60,677 nt of DNA from Pseudomonadota bacterium (GTDB taxonomy: Bacteria; Pseudomonadota; Gammaproteobacteria; Xanthomonadales; Rhodanobacteraceae). A program made the translations under genes and the position numbers. Shown here piece after piece: positions 40,070-49,876 of this stretch; the first letter of the stretch is position 1, and every line of letters starts with the position of its first letter. The notes beneath the pieces were generated by a model that saw only the letters and a list, made by a program, of their open reading frames with translations, had not been told where the DNA came from and did not search any database. Location: positions 1 to 60,677 of the forward strand of contig JAFEFP010000296.1 in assembly GCA_018240545.1 (NCBI GenBank), written 5' to 3'.

Positions 40070-41570
40070 AATGTAGTCCGAACAGCTTCATCGCATCGCT
40101 GCGCAATTCCGCCTGGCTGTCGGGGCGCGAGTAGAACATGTGGCCACCGGCGTACTCCTTGACCTGCACGCGCGAGGCATCGCCCATCGCCGGCATCTGG
40201 TCGACGATCAGGATCGAGGCCATGAACGGGCACGATAGATCATCCCAGCCGTGCGCGATCAGCACGCGCAGGCCGGGATCGTTGGCCACGGATTTGCGCA
40301 ACTGCTCGACCGAACCGGCGCGCGCGTCGTTGTCCTGGTGCCACAGGCGGTTCACCTGATAGCTGAGCGCGTTGTAGCGCGCGTCGATCTTCCAGCCGAC
40401 GATGCGGGTGACGAAATCGACCATCGCCGTGGTGGTCGGCGCGATGATGCCGTTGAGCAGCGGATCGCCGGTTTCCTGCTGTGGTGCGAACGGGAACGGG
40501 TCCCACGCGGTGACATTGGAATCGTAGCGGCTGCCGAGCTTGCCCTCGGAGCGATAGATCTCGCGCAGGTAGGCTTGGGTTTCGATGCGCCCGCCCGAGC
40601 GCTTGACGAACACCGGGTCCAGGCCGGTGAGTTCGGTGACTTTCTTGATCATCGCTTCTTGCGCGGCCGGATCGGTGCGCCCGGCCATCAGCGTGGTCGC
40701 ATAGGTTGTGCGCGTGTAGTCGATGACCGGCTGCATCGTCGCGGCGCTGAGATTGTGCGTGCGTTCCAGGTTCGCGGCGGCGATCGAGGGCAAAGTCAGC
40801 ATCCACGGCAGGGGTGAAACGTCGCCGTCTTCGTAGGCGGCCTGATCCAGATACGGCGATAGCAGCACCATGCCGTTCATCGCCACACCCAGTTGCGTTT
40901 GCAGGTATTCGGTGATGCGCGGGCCGCGGAAGCCGCCGTAGCTCTCGCCGACCAGGAATTTGCGCGACTGCAGGCGGTCGTTCTTCACCAGCCAGTCGTA
41001 GATGATGCGCGACAGGTAATGGATGTCGGAGTTGGTGCTGTAGAAATCCGTGGTCGCCTGCTTGTCGTCGACCAGCGCGCGGCTGAAGCCGGTGCCGACC
41101 GGATCGATGAAGACCAGGTCGGTGAAGTCGAGCCAGGTGCCGGGGTTGTCGCGCAGCACGGGCGGGTCGGAAGGGTTGTCGCCCGGCGCGCCGAACTTGA
41201 CGACCTTCGGGCCGATCGCGCCGAAATTCAGGTACACGGATGACGCGCCGGGCCCGCCGTTGAGCGCGAACGTGACCGGGCGATTGCCGCCGTCCATCGT
41301 GTAGGCGGTATAGACGACCTCGGCAATCGTCTTGCCTTTCGCGTCGCGCACCGGCAGCGAGCCGACCGTTGCGGTGTACTTGAGCGTGCGTCCGCCGACC
41401 GTGACCGACTGCGCCACGTGCGCATCCTTCGGCAAAGGCGGCAAATCGAAGGCCGGACTTTCTGCCTTGTCGGCGGCGGGTTTGGCATGGTCGGGTGGCG
41501 CCGCGTGCGCCAGCGGCGCCGACAGCGCGAGGGTCAGGACGAACGCGGATAGGGCGGAAGGCAGGCGCAT
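40068..41570 (-). CDS. Serine carboxypeptidase, S10 family (secreted)
   Basis: Signal peptide; NGGPGAS, DPVGTGFS, GESYGG, GWDD, GHM. Confidence 0.92.
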   Translation of the reverse strand: MRLPSALSAFVLTLALSAPLAHAAPPDHAKPAADKAESPAFDLPPLPKDAHVAQSVTVGGRTLKYTATVGSLPVRDAKGKTIAEVVYTAYTMDGGNRPVTFALNGGPGASSVYLNFGAIGPKVVKFGAPGDNPSDPPVLRDNPGTWLDFTDLVFIDPVGTGFSRALVDDKQATTDFYSTNSDIHYLSRIIYDWLVKNDRLQSRKFLVGESYGGFRGPRITEYLQTQLGVAMNGMVLLSPYLDQAAYEDGDVSPLPWMLTLPSIAAANLERTHNLSAATMQPVIDYTRTTYATTLMAGRTDPAAQEAMIKKVTELTGLDPVFVKRSGGRIETQAYLREIYRSEGKLGSRYDSNVTAWDPFPFAPQQETGDPLLNGIIAPTTTAMVDFVTRIVGWKIDARYNALSYQVNRLWHQDNDARAGSVEQLRKSVANDPGLRVLIAHGWDDLSCPFMASILIVDQMPAMGDASRVQVKEYAGGHMFYSRPDSQAELRSDAMKLFGLH

Positions 41571-41653
41571 GGCGATTCCTCGGAGTGGCAAAACCGCGCC
41601 ACTCTAGCAGCAACGCGCAGGCGCGGCCCTGTGCACAAAGGCAGGGGTGCGGC

Positions 41654-42328
41654 TCAGGCTTCGACCAGGTCCACGTACTGAAAGCGCGCGTCACGCAGCA
41701 GGCGTTCCCCGCGTGCGAGCGCAATCGGCGCTGAAAACAGCGGACTGGCGTGGACGCAAGTGTGGAACTCGCCGTTTTCGCCGCAGGGGTCGCATGCGGA
41801 GGGCAGGTCCGCGAGCAGGCCGGCATCGTAATCGCGGCCGCAGAAATTCGCCGCGAGTTGTTGCGTATCCACGCAGGTCAGGATTGCGCGGTGACCGCGC
41901 GCAATGAATTGCCGCGCGAGTTGTGCGGTATCCGCGCCCCAGAGCGGATACGCGCCGCGCCAGCCCAGCCGTGCCAGCAAGGATTCGCGATAGGCGCGCA
42001 CATCGGTCAGATACAAATCGCCGAACGCGATGTCGGCGATGTTCGCATCTCGCTCGCGTGCCTGCGCGAGCGCTCGCGCGAACGCCGCCTCGTAGATTTC
42101 GTTGGATGCCTGTGCAGGGATTTCCGCCTCGATAAGCGGCAGTCCCAAACGCCGCGCTTGCGCATGCAGGATCGACCGACGCACTCCGTGGATGGCGATG
42201 CGCTCGTACTCAGCCGTTACCGTGGTCAGTAATCCGGCCATGCGCCAGATTGCATCTTCGCGCAAGCGTTCCAGGGCAAGCGTGGAATCCTTGCCGCCGC
42301 TCCAGGCGAGCAAGATGGGAATTGGCAT
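41654..42328 (-). CDS. PP-loop ATPase, diphthine-ammonia ligase / MJ0570-like family
   Basis: WSGGKDS PP-loop, FGDLYLTDVRAYRE, YPLW, DPCGENGEFHT. Confidence 0.88.
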   Translation of the reverse strand: MPIPILLAWSGGKDSTLALERLREDAIWRMAGLLTTVTAEYERIAIHGVRRSILHAQARRLGLPLIEAEIPAQASNEIYEAAFARALAQARERDANIADIAFGDLYLTDVRAYRESLLARLGWRGAYPLWGADTAQLARQFIARGHRAILTCVDTQQLAANFCGRDYDAGLLADLPSACDPCGENGEFHTCVHASPLFSAPIALARGERLLRDARFQYVDLVEA

Positions 42329-42393
42329 GCCCTGCATGGCCGGCATTGTGCCATGCGATTGCAATTGGCCGGCACTTGCGGCTACATGCGCAG

Positions 42394-43623
42394 ATGCTCA
42401 ATTTGATCTGGCTGGGATTTTTCCTCGTCGCCATGCTCGCGGGCCTGGCGCAATGGCTCGTCGGCGGCCATCCGCAGGTGTTTGGTGCGATGGTCGACAG
42501 CCTGTTCGAGATGGCCAAGCTGTCGGTCGAGGTGATGATCCTGCTCTTCGGCACGCTGGCGCTGTGGCTGGGATTTTTGCGCATCGCCGAGCAGGCAGGA
42601 CTCGTGGACAAGCTCGCGCGTTTTCTCGGACCCTTGTTCGCGCGCCTGATGCCCGAGGTGCCGCGCGGTCATCCGGCGGTCGGGCTGATCACGCTCAACT
42701 TCGCCGCGAACATGCTCGGCATGGACAATGCCGCGACGCCCATCGGGCTGCGCGCGATGCGCGAACTGCAAACGCTCAATCCCAGTCGCGATACCGCGAG
42801 CAATGCGCAGATCCTGTTCCTGGTGCTGCACTCGTCGTCGCTGGTGCTGCTGCCGGTGACCATCTTCATGTACCGCGTGCAGCAGGGCGCACACGATCCG
42901 ACCCTGGTGTTCGTGCCGATCCTGCTCGCGACCTGCGCGTCCGCGCTGGCGGGATTGCTCAGCGTGTCCTTCGTGCAGAAATTGAAATTGTGGAATCCGG
43001 TCGTGCTCGCGTATCTGGGCGGCTTCGCGGTGCTGTTCGCGGGCTTCGTCGCATTGCTGGCGTCGATGACGCCGGTCGTGCTTGCCGCGTTCTCGTCCCT
43101 GCTCGGCAACCTCGCCATGCTCGGCATCATCATGCTTTTCCTCGTCGCCGGTGCATGGAAGAAGGTTCCGCTGTACGAATCCTTCGTCGATGGCGCCAAG
43201 CAGGGTTTCGACGTGGCGAAGGATATCCTTCCGTACCTTGTCGCCATGCTGTGCGCGATCGGCGTGCTGCGCGCATCCGGCGCGCTGGACTTCGCGCTCG
43301 GCGGCATCCGCTGGCTGGCCGAATCAGTGCATCTGGATACGCGCTTCGTCGATGCGCTGCCGACCGCACTGGTGAAACCGTTCTCGGGTTCGGCCGCGCG
43401 CGCGATGATGATCGACACCATGCAGGCCAAGGGCGTGGACAGCTTCCCCGCGCTGATGTCCGCGGTCGTGCAGGGCAGCACCGAAACCACGTTCTACGTG
43501 ATCGCGGTGTACTACGGCGCGGTCGGCATCACACGCATCCGGCATACGCTCGGCTGCGCGGTGCTTGCCGATCTGACCGGGATACTCGCCTCGATCGGCG
43601 TTTGCTATTGGTTCTTCGGTTGA
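42394..43623 (+). CDS. Fused SpmA/SpmB nucleoside-recognition (Gate) membrane protein
   Basis: LWLGFLRIAE, ANMLGMDNAATPIGLRAM, FVDGAKQGF, KPFSGS, GSTETTFYVIAVYYG. Confidence 0.9.
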   Translation: MLNLIWLGFFLVAMLAGLAQWLVGGHPQVFGAMVDSLFEMAKLSVEVMILLFGTLALWLGFLRIAEQAGLVDKLARFLGPLFARLMPEVPRGHPAVGLITLNFAANMLGMDNAATPIGLRAMRELQTLNPSRDTASNAQILFLVLHSSSLVLLPVTIFMYRVQQGAHDPTLVFVPILLATCASALAGLLSVSFVQKLKLWNPVVLAYLGGFAVLFAGFVALLASMTPVVLAAFSSLLGNLAMLGIIMLFLVAGAWKKVPLYESFVDGAKQGFDVAKDILPYLVAMLCAIGVLRASGALDFALGGIRWLAESVHLDTRFVDALPTALVKPFSGSAARAMMIDTMQAKGVDSFPALMSAVVQGSTETTFYVIAVYYGAVGITRIRHTLGCAVLADLTGILASIGVCYWFFG

Positions 43624-43630
43624 GGAGCGA

Positions 43631-44590
43631 CTAGGCGCGTGCGTTGCCCAGCAATCTTCCGGGCAGCGAGCGGATGCGGTTGAGCAGGGCAGCGGGCAGG
43701 CGCAGGGCGGAACTGCCCCCTTCCGGCGCGGGCTTGGCGGCGGTGTAGCGCCGCGCGGCCTGCGGGTTCTGCTTGAGCTGCCAGTAGCGACCGATGGCCG
43801 AATCCACGCTCAGGCGGCAGGTGCCCATGCGCACCGGCTTGATCAGCATGCGGTAGACCTGGCCCTCGTTGATCAGCTCGATGGCGGTCTGTGCGTTCGC
43901 GCGTTCGGTCACGACCACGGTGGCGATGTGCGGGTGGTGCAGCTTGAGCGCCTTGAGCAGACCGGTCAGGTCGCTGCGCCCGGCTTCGGTTTCCGAGATC
44001 ACCACGCCGGTTTCGTTCTGTTCCATGATCTGCAGCGCGCGCTCGGCGTTGTTGGCGAAGTTCACCTTGTAGTACGGTTGCAGGATCTCGCGCAGGCGCT
44101 GCTGCACGGCGGTGTCGTCCTCGATCACGAGCACGCCGACCTGGGTGCGCGCGCGATCGTGCTCGGCCTGCGGCAGCGTGTCGCGCGCAATCACCGGAGC
44201 CTCGCGCGCGATTTTGCCGGCGCCGGTGACGAGGTCGCGCAGTTCGGTGTTGTTCCAGGGCTTGTTGACGAAGCGGTACACCTCGCCCTCGTTGACCGAC
44301 CCGAGCACGGCCTTGAGGTCGGAGTAGCCGGTGAGCAGGATGCGCAACGCGCGCGGATGGGTTTCCTTGATGTCGCGCAGCACGTCGACGCCGGCTTTTT
44401 CCGGCATGCGCTGGTCGCAGATGACCACGTCCACATCGTGCTGTTTCGCGAGCGCTGCCGCCTCCAGCGGATTGGTCGTTGCGAATGTGGTGTGCTCGCG
44501 CAGCAGCGCCTTGAGCGCGCGCAGGATGCGCGACTCGTCATCGATCATGAGGATGCGCAGGGCGGTGGCGGGAGCGTCGGTCATGGGCAT
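43631..44590 (-). CDS. Response regulator with two receiver-like domains and no output domain
   Basis: Receiver 1: MIDDE..VVICDQRMP..LLTGY..NKPW. Receiver 2: VIEDD..VVISE..VVTE..IKPV. Confidence 0.85.
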   Translation of the reverse strand: MPMTDAPATALRILMIDDESRILRALKALLREHTTFATTNPLEAAALAKQHDVDVVICDQRMPEKAGVDVLRDIKETHPRALRILLTGYSDLKAVLGSVNEGEVYRFVNKPWNNTELRDLVTGAGKIAREAPVIARDTLPQAEHDRARTQVGVLVIEDDTAVQQRLREILQPYYKVNFANNAERALQIMEQNETGVVISETEAGRSDLTGLLKALKLHHPHIATVVVTERANAQTAIELINEGQVYRMLIKPVRMGTCRLSVDSAIGRYWQLKQNPQAARRYTAAKPAPEGGSSALRLPAALLNRIRSLPGRLLGNARA

Positions 44591-45606
44591 CAGGCGGATT
44601 CAGCCGCGGCCGGGCCGCTGACATTCACCGGCAGGCTAACCGTAAACGTGGTGCCTTTTCTGGGCGTCGTTCGCACTTTGATGGTGCCGCCGTGGCCCTT
44701 GACGATCTTGTGCACGATCGAAAGCCCCAATCCCGTGCCTTCGCCGACCGGCTTGGTGGTGAAGAACGGATCGAAGATCTTCGGCAACACGTCATCGGCA
44801 ATGCCGCAGCCCGTATCGCTGATGTCGACCTGCACCTGGCCGCCATCCACCCGGCTGTCCACGGTCAGCGTGCCGTCGCCGTCGATCGCCTGCGCCGCGT
44901 TCGTGATCAGGTTCAGGAACACCTGGTTCATCTGCGAGGGCATGCAACGCACTTTCGGCAACGGTTGCAGGTGCTTGACGACCTTGACGCGGTCGCGCAA
45001 CTGGTGCTGGGCAATCATCAGCGCGCTTTCGATGCCCTCGTTCAGGTCCATGGTGTCCATGCCGTCGCGGTCCACGCGCGAAAAACCCTTCAGGTTGACC
45101 ACGAGCGACGAAAGTTGCGCAAGGCCCTCGCTGGCATCGCCAAGCAGCTCCTTGGCGTCCTTGAGAAGCGGGCTCTTTTCCACGGCCGTGCGCGCTTCGA
45201 ACAATTTGCGCCGCGCTTCCTCGACGTGCTTGACCAGCTTGTCGAGGCTGGCCTTGTCGGCATTGAAGATGAGATCGACCGGCTGCAGGCACACCTGCAC
45301 GGCTGCGTCGTACTGCTTGACCAGCTTGCGGTAGTCGTCGAGCAGGTCGCCGACCACCTCGACATTGCTCTTGACGAAACCGAGCGGAGTGTTGATCTCG
45401 TGTGCCACGCCCGCGACCATCTGGCCGAGCGAGGCGAGCTTGGTGGTGTGGATCACCTGCGACTGGCTGGCCTGCAGGTGCTTGAGCTCGGCCTCGGTTT
45501 CCGCCTGCCCGGCCCGCAATACCAGGTTCTGCCGGCGCTGCTGCGCGAGCGCGACGCCGAGGGCGGCACAGGCAACGACCAGCACGATCACGATGATGAG
45601 CAACAT
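44590..45606 (-). CDS. Membrane-anchored histidine kinase lacking a sensor domain
   Basis: One N-terminal TM; LASLGQMVAGVAHEINTPL H-box; NQVFLNLITNA, DTGCGI, FDPFFTTK, GTGLGL. Confidence 0.9.
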   Translation of the reverse strand: MLLIIVIVLVVACAALGVALAQQRRQNLVLRAGQAETEAELKHLQASQSQVIHTTKLASLGQMVAGVAHEINTPLGFVKSNVEVVGDLLDDYRKLVKQYDAAVQVCLQPVDLIFNADKASLDKLVKHVEEARRKLFEARTAVEKSPLLKDAKELLGDASEGLAQLSSLVVNLKGFSRVDRDGMDTMDLNEGIESALMIAQHQLRDRVKVVKHLQPLPKVRCMPSQMNQVFLNLITNAAQAIDGDGTLTVDSRVDGGQVQVDISDTGCGIADDVLPKIFDPFFTTKPVGEGTGLGLSIVHKIVKGHGGTIKVRTTPRKGTTFTVSLPVNVSGPAAAESA

Positions 45607-45725
45607 GCGAGCGTCCTCGTTCAGCGGGCAAAGTATACACAGTCGGCCAGTGCGCGACTTCCAGCAGTTGACGCCCGTCGACTTTGCGGCCACGCTCGGC
45701 GGATTCCGGGTTCGGGGAGGCGGGC

Positions 45726-47069
45726 ATGAAAGCGACGTCGATGCAATGGCTGTTGGCGCTGGTCCTGGCGCTTTGCGCCCATTCGACCTTGGCGGCGGAC
45801 ACGGCCAGCCGCGAGCTGCCGCCCGGCCTGCAGATCCCGGCCGCCGCGCGTCCGGGACCGGATTTCGACGTCGACAAGGCGACCGATGCGTACCTGAACC
45901 TGCTTTCCCCCGAACAGCGCGCCCGATCCGACGCCTATTTCGAAGGCGGCTACTGGTTGCAACTGTGGGGACTTGCCTATGGCCTCGTCGTCGCGGCCGT
46001 GCTGCTGTGGGGCGGCATTTCGCAGCGCCTGCGCGACCTTGCCCGGCGTTTGAGCAAGCGACCGTGGCTGTACACATGGGCGTACGCAGTGCTGTTCCTG
46101 ATCGCCTACTTCCTGCTTTCGCTGCCTTGGGCGGTGTATGCGGATTTCGTGCGCGAGCACCAGTATGGCCTGGCCACGCAGGATTTCGGCGGCTGGTTCG
46201 GCGACGCGCTCAAATCGCTTGTGGTCAGTGCGATCATCGTGCCGCTGGTGCTGGTGGCGGTGTATGCGGCCGTGCGCCGTGCCGGCGCGCGCTGGTGGAT
46301 CTGGGCCAGCGGCATCGCCTTCGTCTTCATCCTGTTCGCGATGATGTTCGCGCCGGTCTACGTCGAGCCGCTGTTCAATACCTACAAACCCTTGCGTGCC
46401 GGGCCGGTACGCGAAGCGGTGCTTTCGCTGGCGCGCGCGAACGGCATTCCCACCAATCACGTCGTCGAGTTCGACGCCTCGCGCCAGACCACGCGCATCA
46501 GCGCGAATGTCGCGGGCTTTGCCGGCACCACCCGCGTGGCGCTCAACGACAACCTGCTCGACAAGACCTCGCTGCCGGAGATCAAGGCCGTGCTCGGCCA
46601 CGAGATGGGGCACTACGTGCTCAATCACGGCTTGCGCGGCGCGATCTATTTCACGCTCGTGCTCGTGTTCGGGTTCTGGTTTACCCACCGGTTACTCGAC
46701 GCGGCGCTGCGGCGCTGGGGCAGGCGCCTCGGCCTGGCGGACCGCGCCGACCCGGCGGCCCTGCCGCTTGCGTTTGCGATCCTTTCGATCTTCTTCTTCC
46801 TCGCCACGCCCCTGCTCAATTCGATCACGCGGCAGATGGAAGCCGAGGCGGACGCCTTCGGCCTCAATGCCGCGCGCGAGCCGAACGGATTTGCCATGGT
46901 CGCAATGCGGCTGTCCACCTATCGCAAGATCCACCCCGGGCCGCTCGAGGAGATGATCTTCTACGACCACCCGAGCGGCTACACGCGCGTGCATGCGGCC
47001 ATGACCTGGCTGAAGGAAAATCCGGATAACCCGACCGCGAACGCCCCGCTGCCGCCACCGGGCAGCTGA
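45726..47069 (+). CDS. M48 (Ste24-like) membrane zinc peptidase
   Basis: Signal peptide, several TMs, AVLGHEMGHY, EAEADAF, YDHPS. Confidence 0.9.
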   Translation: MKATSMQWLLALVLALCAHSTLAADTASRELPPGLQIPAAARPGPDFDVDKATDAYLNLLSPEQRARSDAYFEGGYWLQLWGLAYGLVVAAVLLWGGISQRLRDLARRLSKRPWLYTWAYAVLFLIAYFLLSLPWAVYADFVREHQYGLATQDFGGWFGDALKSLVVSAIIVPLVLVAVYAAVRRAGARWWIWASGIAFVFILFAMMFAPVYVEPLFNTYKPLRAGPVREAVLSLARANGIPTNHVVEFDASRQTTRISANVAGFAGTTRVALNDNLLDKTSLPEIKAVLGHEMGHYVLNHGLRGAIYFTLVLVFGFWFTHRLLDAALRRWGRRLGLADRADPAALPLAFAILSIFFFLATPLLNSITRQMEAEADAFGLNAAREPNGFAMVAMRLSTYRKIHPGPLEEMIFYDHPSGYTRVHAAMTWLKENPDNPTANAPLPPPGS

Positions 47070-47183
47070 ACGCCGGGCAACGCCACGCCAGCCCGTTCGC
47101 GCCGCGTCAACCCGCGCGATGGCGGTGCGTTGCAGATCGTCAACCAGCCAGAGGCTGGTGTAACCCAAAAAATGGAGACGACG

Positions 47184-47771
47184 ATGCACCGCACCCTAAT
47201 CGCCCTGGCACTGAGCGCCATGTTTTCGGTCAGCGCCTTCGCCCAGAGCGCCGCCAGCGAAACCCAGCGCGACACCGATCAGCAGAACCGCATCGAGCAG
47301 GGCCTGAAATCGGGCGAGCTCACGACCAAGGAAGCCGGTACGCTCGAACGCGACGAACAGCGCATCGACCGTACCCAGGCCAAGGACATGAAGGACGGCA
47401 CGCTGACCGCGCAGGAAAAGGCGCAGATCCAGCACGAGCAGAACCAGGCCAGTCGGCAAATCTATGGCGACAAGCACAATGCCACGACCGGTAACCCGGA
47501 TTCCAAATCCTCCGAGCGCATGCAGGCCGAAGTGCAGCGCAATGCCAACCAGCAGGCGCGCATCAATCAGGGCATTCGCTCCGGCCAGTTGACCAATCAC
47601 GAAGCCGGATCGATGGAGCGTGGCCAGGCGCACGTGGACCGCTCCGAAGCCAATGCGGCGCGCAACGGCCAGATCAGTGCCCGCGAGCAGGCACGCACGC
47701 AAGGCAAGGAGAACCGCCAGAGCAACCGCGTCTACCACAAGAAGCACAACGACAAAACGCGCGAAGACTGA
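47184..47771 (+). CDS. Secreted hydrophilic protein with two internal repeats
   Basis: Signal peptide ending AFA; two units of QQ.RI.QG..SG.LT..EA...E......KHN; GGAG RBS. Confidence 0.8.
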   Translation: MHRTLIALALSAMFSVSAFAQSAASETQRDTDQQNRIEQGLKSGELTTKEAGTLERDEQRIDRTQAKDMKDGTLTAQEKAQIQHEQNQASRQIYGDKHNATTGNPDSKSSERMQAEVQRNANQQARINQGIRSGQLTNHEAGSMERGQAHVDRSEANAARNGQISAREQARTQGKENRQSNRVYHKKHNDKTRED

Positions 47772-47797
47772 ACGCTTGCCCCGCATGGTTTGACCGG

Positions 47798-47824
47798 ACG
47801 GGCGCCATTGGCGCCCGTTTTTTT
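47798..47824 (+). terminator. Intrinsic terminator
   Basis: ACGGGCGCC-ATT-GGCGCCCGT followed by a T-run. Confidence 0.8.
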
Positions 47825-47898
47825 CGTCCGGACCCGGTTCGGATTATCATGGCCGTTCCCCCCGCCCTGCCGGCGGCGGGAATCCGCAGGGAGGACGC

Positions 47899-49242
47899 AT
47901 GGCCGAACTCAAGCAAGCCAAGGTGCCGGATATCGGCAACTACACGAACATTCCGGTCATCGAGGTACTGGTCAAGCCGGGCGACGCCGTGGCCCGCGAT
48001 CAGGGCCTGGTCACGCTCGAGTCCGACAAGGCGACGATGGAAGTACCGGCGCCATTCGCGGGTGTGGTCAAGGAATTGAAGGTCAAACTCGGCGACGAGG
48101 TTTCCGAGGGTGTCGTCGTGGCGCTGATCGAAACGGGGGAAGCGGCTGCCGCAAGACCGGCTTCGGCACCGGCACCCGTTGCGGCGCCGGCGCCGGCGGC
48201 TGCAGCCGCGAAGATCGAAACGCCGGCACCCAAACCCCCACAGCAGGCGGTGCCTGCGCCGACCACCGCACCGTCGCGGACGAGCAGCCCGCCGGTCGCT
48301 TTCGGCGCCGACACCGTGCTGCCCGGCAGGGTGCAGCTGGCCAGTCCCGTGGTGCGCATGATCGCACGCGAACTGGGCGTTGACCTGGCCCAGGTCACCG
48401 GCAGCGAGCGCAATGGCCGCATCACCAGGCAGGACGTGCGCGCTTTCGTCAAGCGCCTGCTCGAGGGTGGCGGCCCGGCGCGTGCCGCGGGCGGTGGCGG
48501 TGGATTGAACCTGTTGCCGTGGCCGAGCGTGGATTTTTCCAAATTCGGCGAGGTCGAAACCCGGCCACTGTCGAAGATCAAGAAGATCTCCGGCGCGAAC
48601 CTCGCGCGCAACTGGGCAATGATTCCGCACGTCACCCAGCACGACGAGGCCGACATCACCGATCTGGAAGCGCTGCGCGTGCAGCTCAACAAGGAAAACG
48701 AAAAATCCGGCGTCAAATTCACGATGCTTGCCTTCCTCGTCAAAGCGATGGTTGCGGCGCTGAAGAAGTATCCGGATTTCAACGCCTCGCTGGATGCCTC
48801 CGGCGAAAGCCTGATCCTGAAGAAATACTTCCACATCGGTTTTGCCGCCGATACGCCGAACGGTCTGGTCGTGCCGGTGCTGAAGAATGCAGATCAAAAG
48901 GGCCTGGTCGAGATCGCGCAGGAAACGACCGGGTTGGCGAAGAAGGCGCGCGACGGCAAGCTCGGCCCCGCCGACATGTCCGGCGGCTGCATCTCGATTT
49001 CCTCGCTCGGCGGCATCGGCGGCACGGCGTTCACGCCCATCGTCAATGCGCCGGAAGTGGCGATCCTGGGTGTGTCGAAATCCGCGATCCGGCCGGTGTG
49101 GGACGGCAAGGCCTTCGCGCCACGCCTGCTGCTGCCGCTGTCGCTGAGCTATGACCACCGCGTCATCGATGGTGCCGCGGCCGCGCGTTTCGCCGCGTAC
49201 CTGGCACAACTGCTCGCGGACATGCGCCGCAGTCTGCTGTGA
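47899..49242 (+). CDS. aceF: Pyruvate dehydrogenase E2 (dihydrolipoyllysine acetyltransferase)
   Basis: One lipoyl domain (LESDKATME), ASPVVRMIARELGVDL binding domain, GGTAFTPIVNAPE, SYDHRVIDG. Confidence 0.94.
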   Translation: MAELKQAKVPDIGNYTNIPVIEVLVKPGDAVARDQGLVTLESDKATMEVPAPFAGVVKELKVKLGDEVSEGVVVALIETGEAAAARPASAPAPVAAPAPAAAAAKIETPAPKPPQQAVPAPTTAPSRTSSPPVAFGADTVLPGRVQLASPVVRMIARELGVDLAQVTGSERNGRITRQDVRAFVKRLLEGGGPARAAGGGGGLNLLPWPSVDFSKFGEVETRPLSKIKKISGANLARNWAMIPHVTQHDEADITDLEALRVQLNKENEKSGVKFTMLAFLVKAMVAALKKYPDFNASLDASGESLILKKYFHIGFAADTPNGLVVPVLKNADQKGLVEIAQETTGLAKKARDGKLGPADMSGGCISISSLGGIGGTAFTPIVNAPEVAILGVSKSAIRPVWDGKAFAPRLLLPLSLSYDHRVIDGAAAARFAAYLAQLLADMRRSLL

Positions 49243-49252
49243 CGTGATCGGC

Positions 49253-49864
49253 ATGGACGAATTCACCGACATCGTCATCGTCGACCTGGACGTGAACCGC
49301 ACGACCTGGTCGCGCGTGCATTCGTCGATGCGCACGTTGCACCTGAAGCTCAATCGCGATCCGAATCCGGAGTGGATCCGGCTGTTCTTCGAAGAGCGCA
49401 ATTCGCGCGTGGAACTCAAGCGCCACGGGCTGTGGATCGAGGACGGCTACATCGTGTTCGATTGCCTGCTCATCGATGTCGACGATTATCACCTGCCCGA
49501 TATCCGCCAGTCGCTCGAGTACGCGAATGCGCGCTCGCGCGTGCTGGTCGAGGAGCGCCACAGCGAAGCCGAGCGCCTGCGCAGCGAAGCGAAGACCGAG
49601 CAACACATGCTTGGCGCGTTGCGTGCCTCCATTCGCACCCCGGCCGCGGCGCAAACCGAAACCTTGCCGGCGGCCGCATCAATTCCGGAGCCTGCGCCGG
49701 TCGTGGCGCCGGCCGCAGTCGTCGACGCTGCAGGCGAACCCGAGCCACCGCCGCCAGCGGAAGCGGCCGTCGCGCCCCTGCACGCCGAGCGCGAGGAAGC
49801 GCTCGAGGCCAAACGCACCGACTGGCGCGCGCGTTTTCGCGCGGCGTTCCACCGCAGCAAATAA
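49253..49864 (+). CDS. Hypothetical protein between aceF and lpdA
   Basis: Fills the gap with 10-12 bp spacers; globular N-terminal region, helix, Ala/Pro linker, basic tail. Confidence 0.75.
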   Translation: MDEFTDIVIVDLDVNRTTWSRVHSSMRTLHLKLNRDPNPEWIRLFFEERNSRVELKRHGLWIEDGYIVFDCLLIDVDDYHLPDIRQSLEYANARSRVLVEERHSEAERLRSEAKTEQHMLGALRASIRTPAAAQTETLPAAASIPEPAPVVAPAAVVDAAGEPEPPPPAEAAVAPLHAEREEALEAKRTDWRARFRAAFHRSK

Positions 49865-49876
49865 CAGGAGCACGCC

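Noticed and set aside
39931-40233. 100-aa minus-strand ORF over the IOR/S10 junction
   Set aside because: Overlaps the S10 gene out of frame and the palindromic element; no coding signal.
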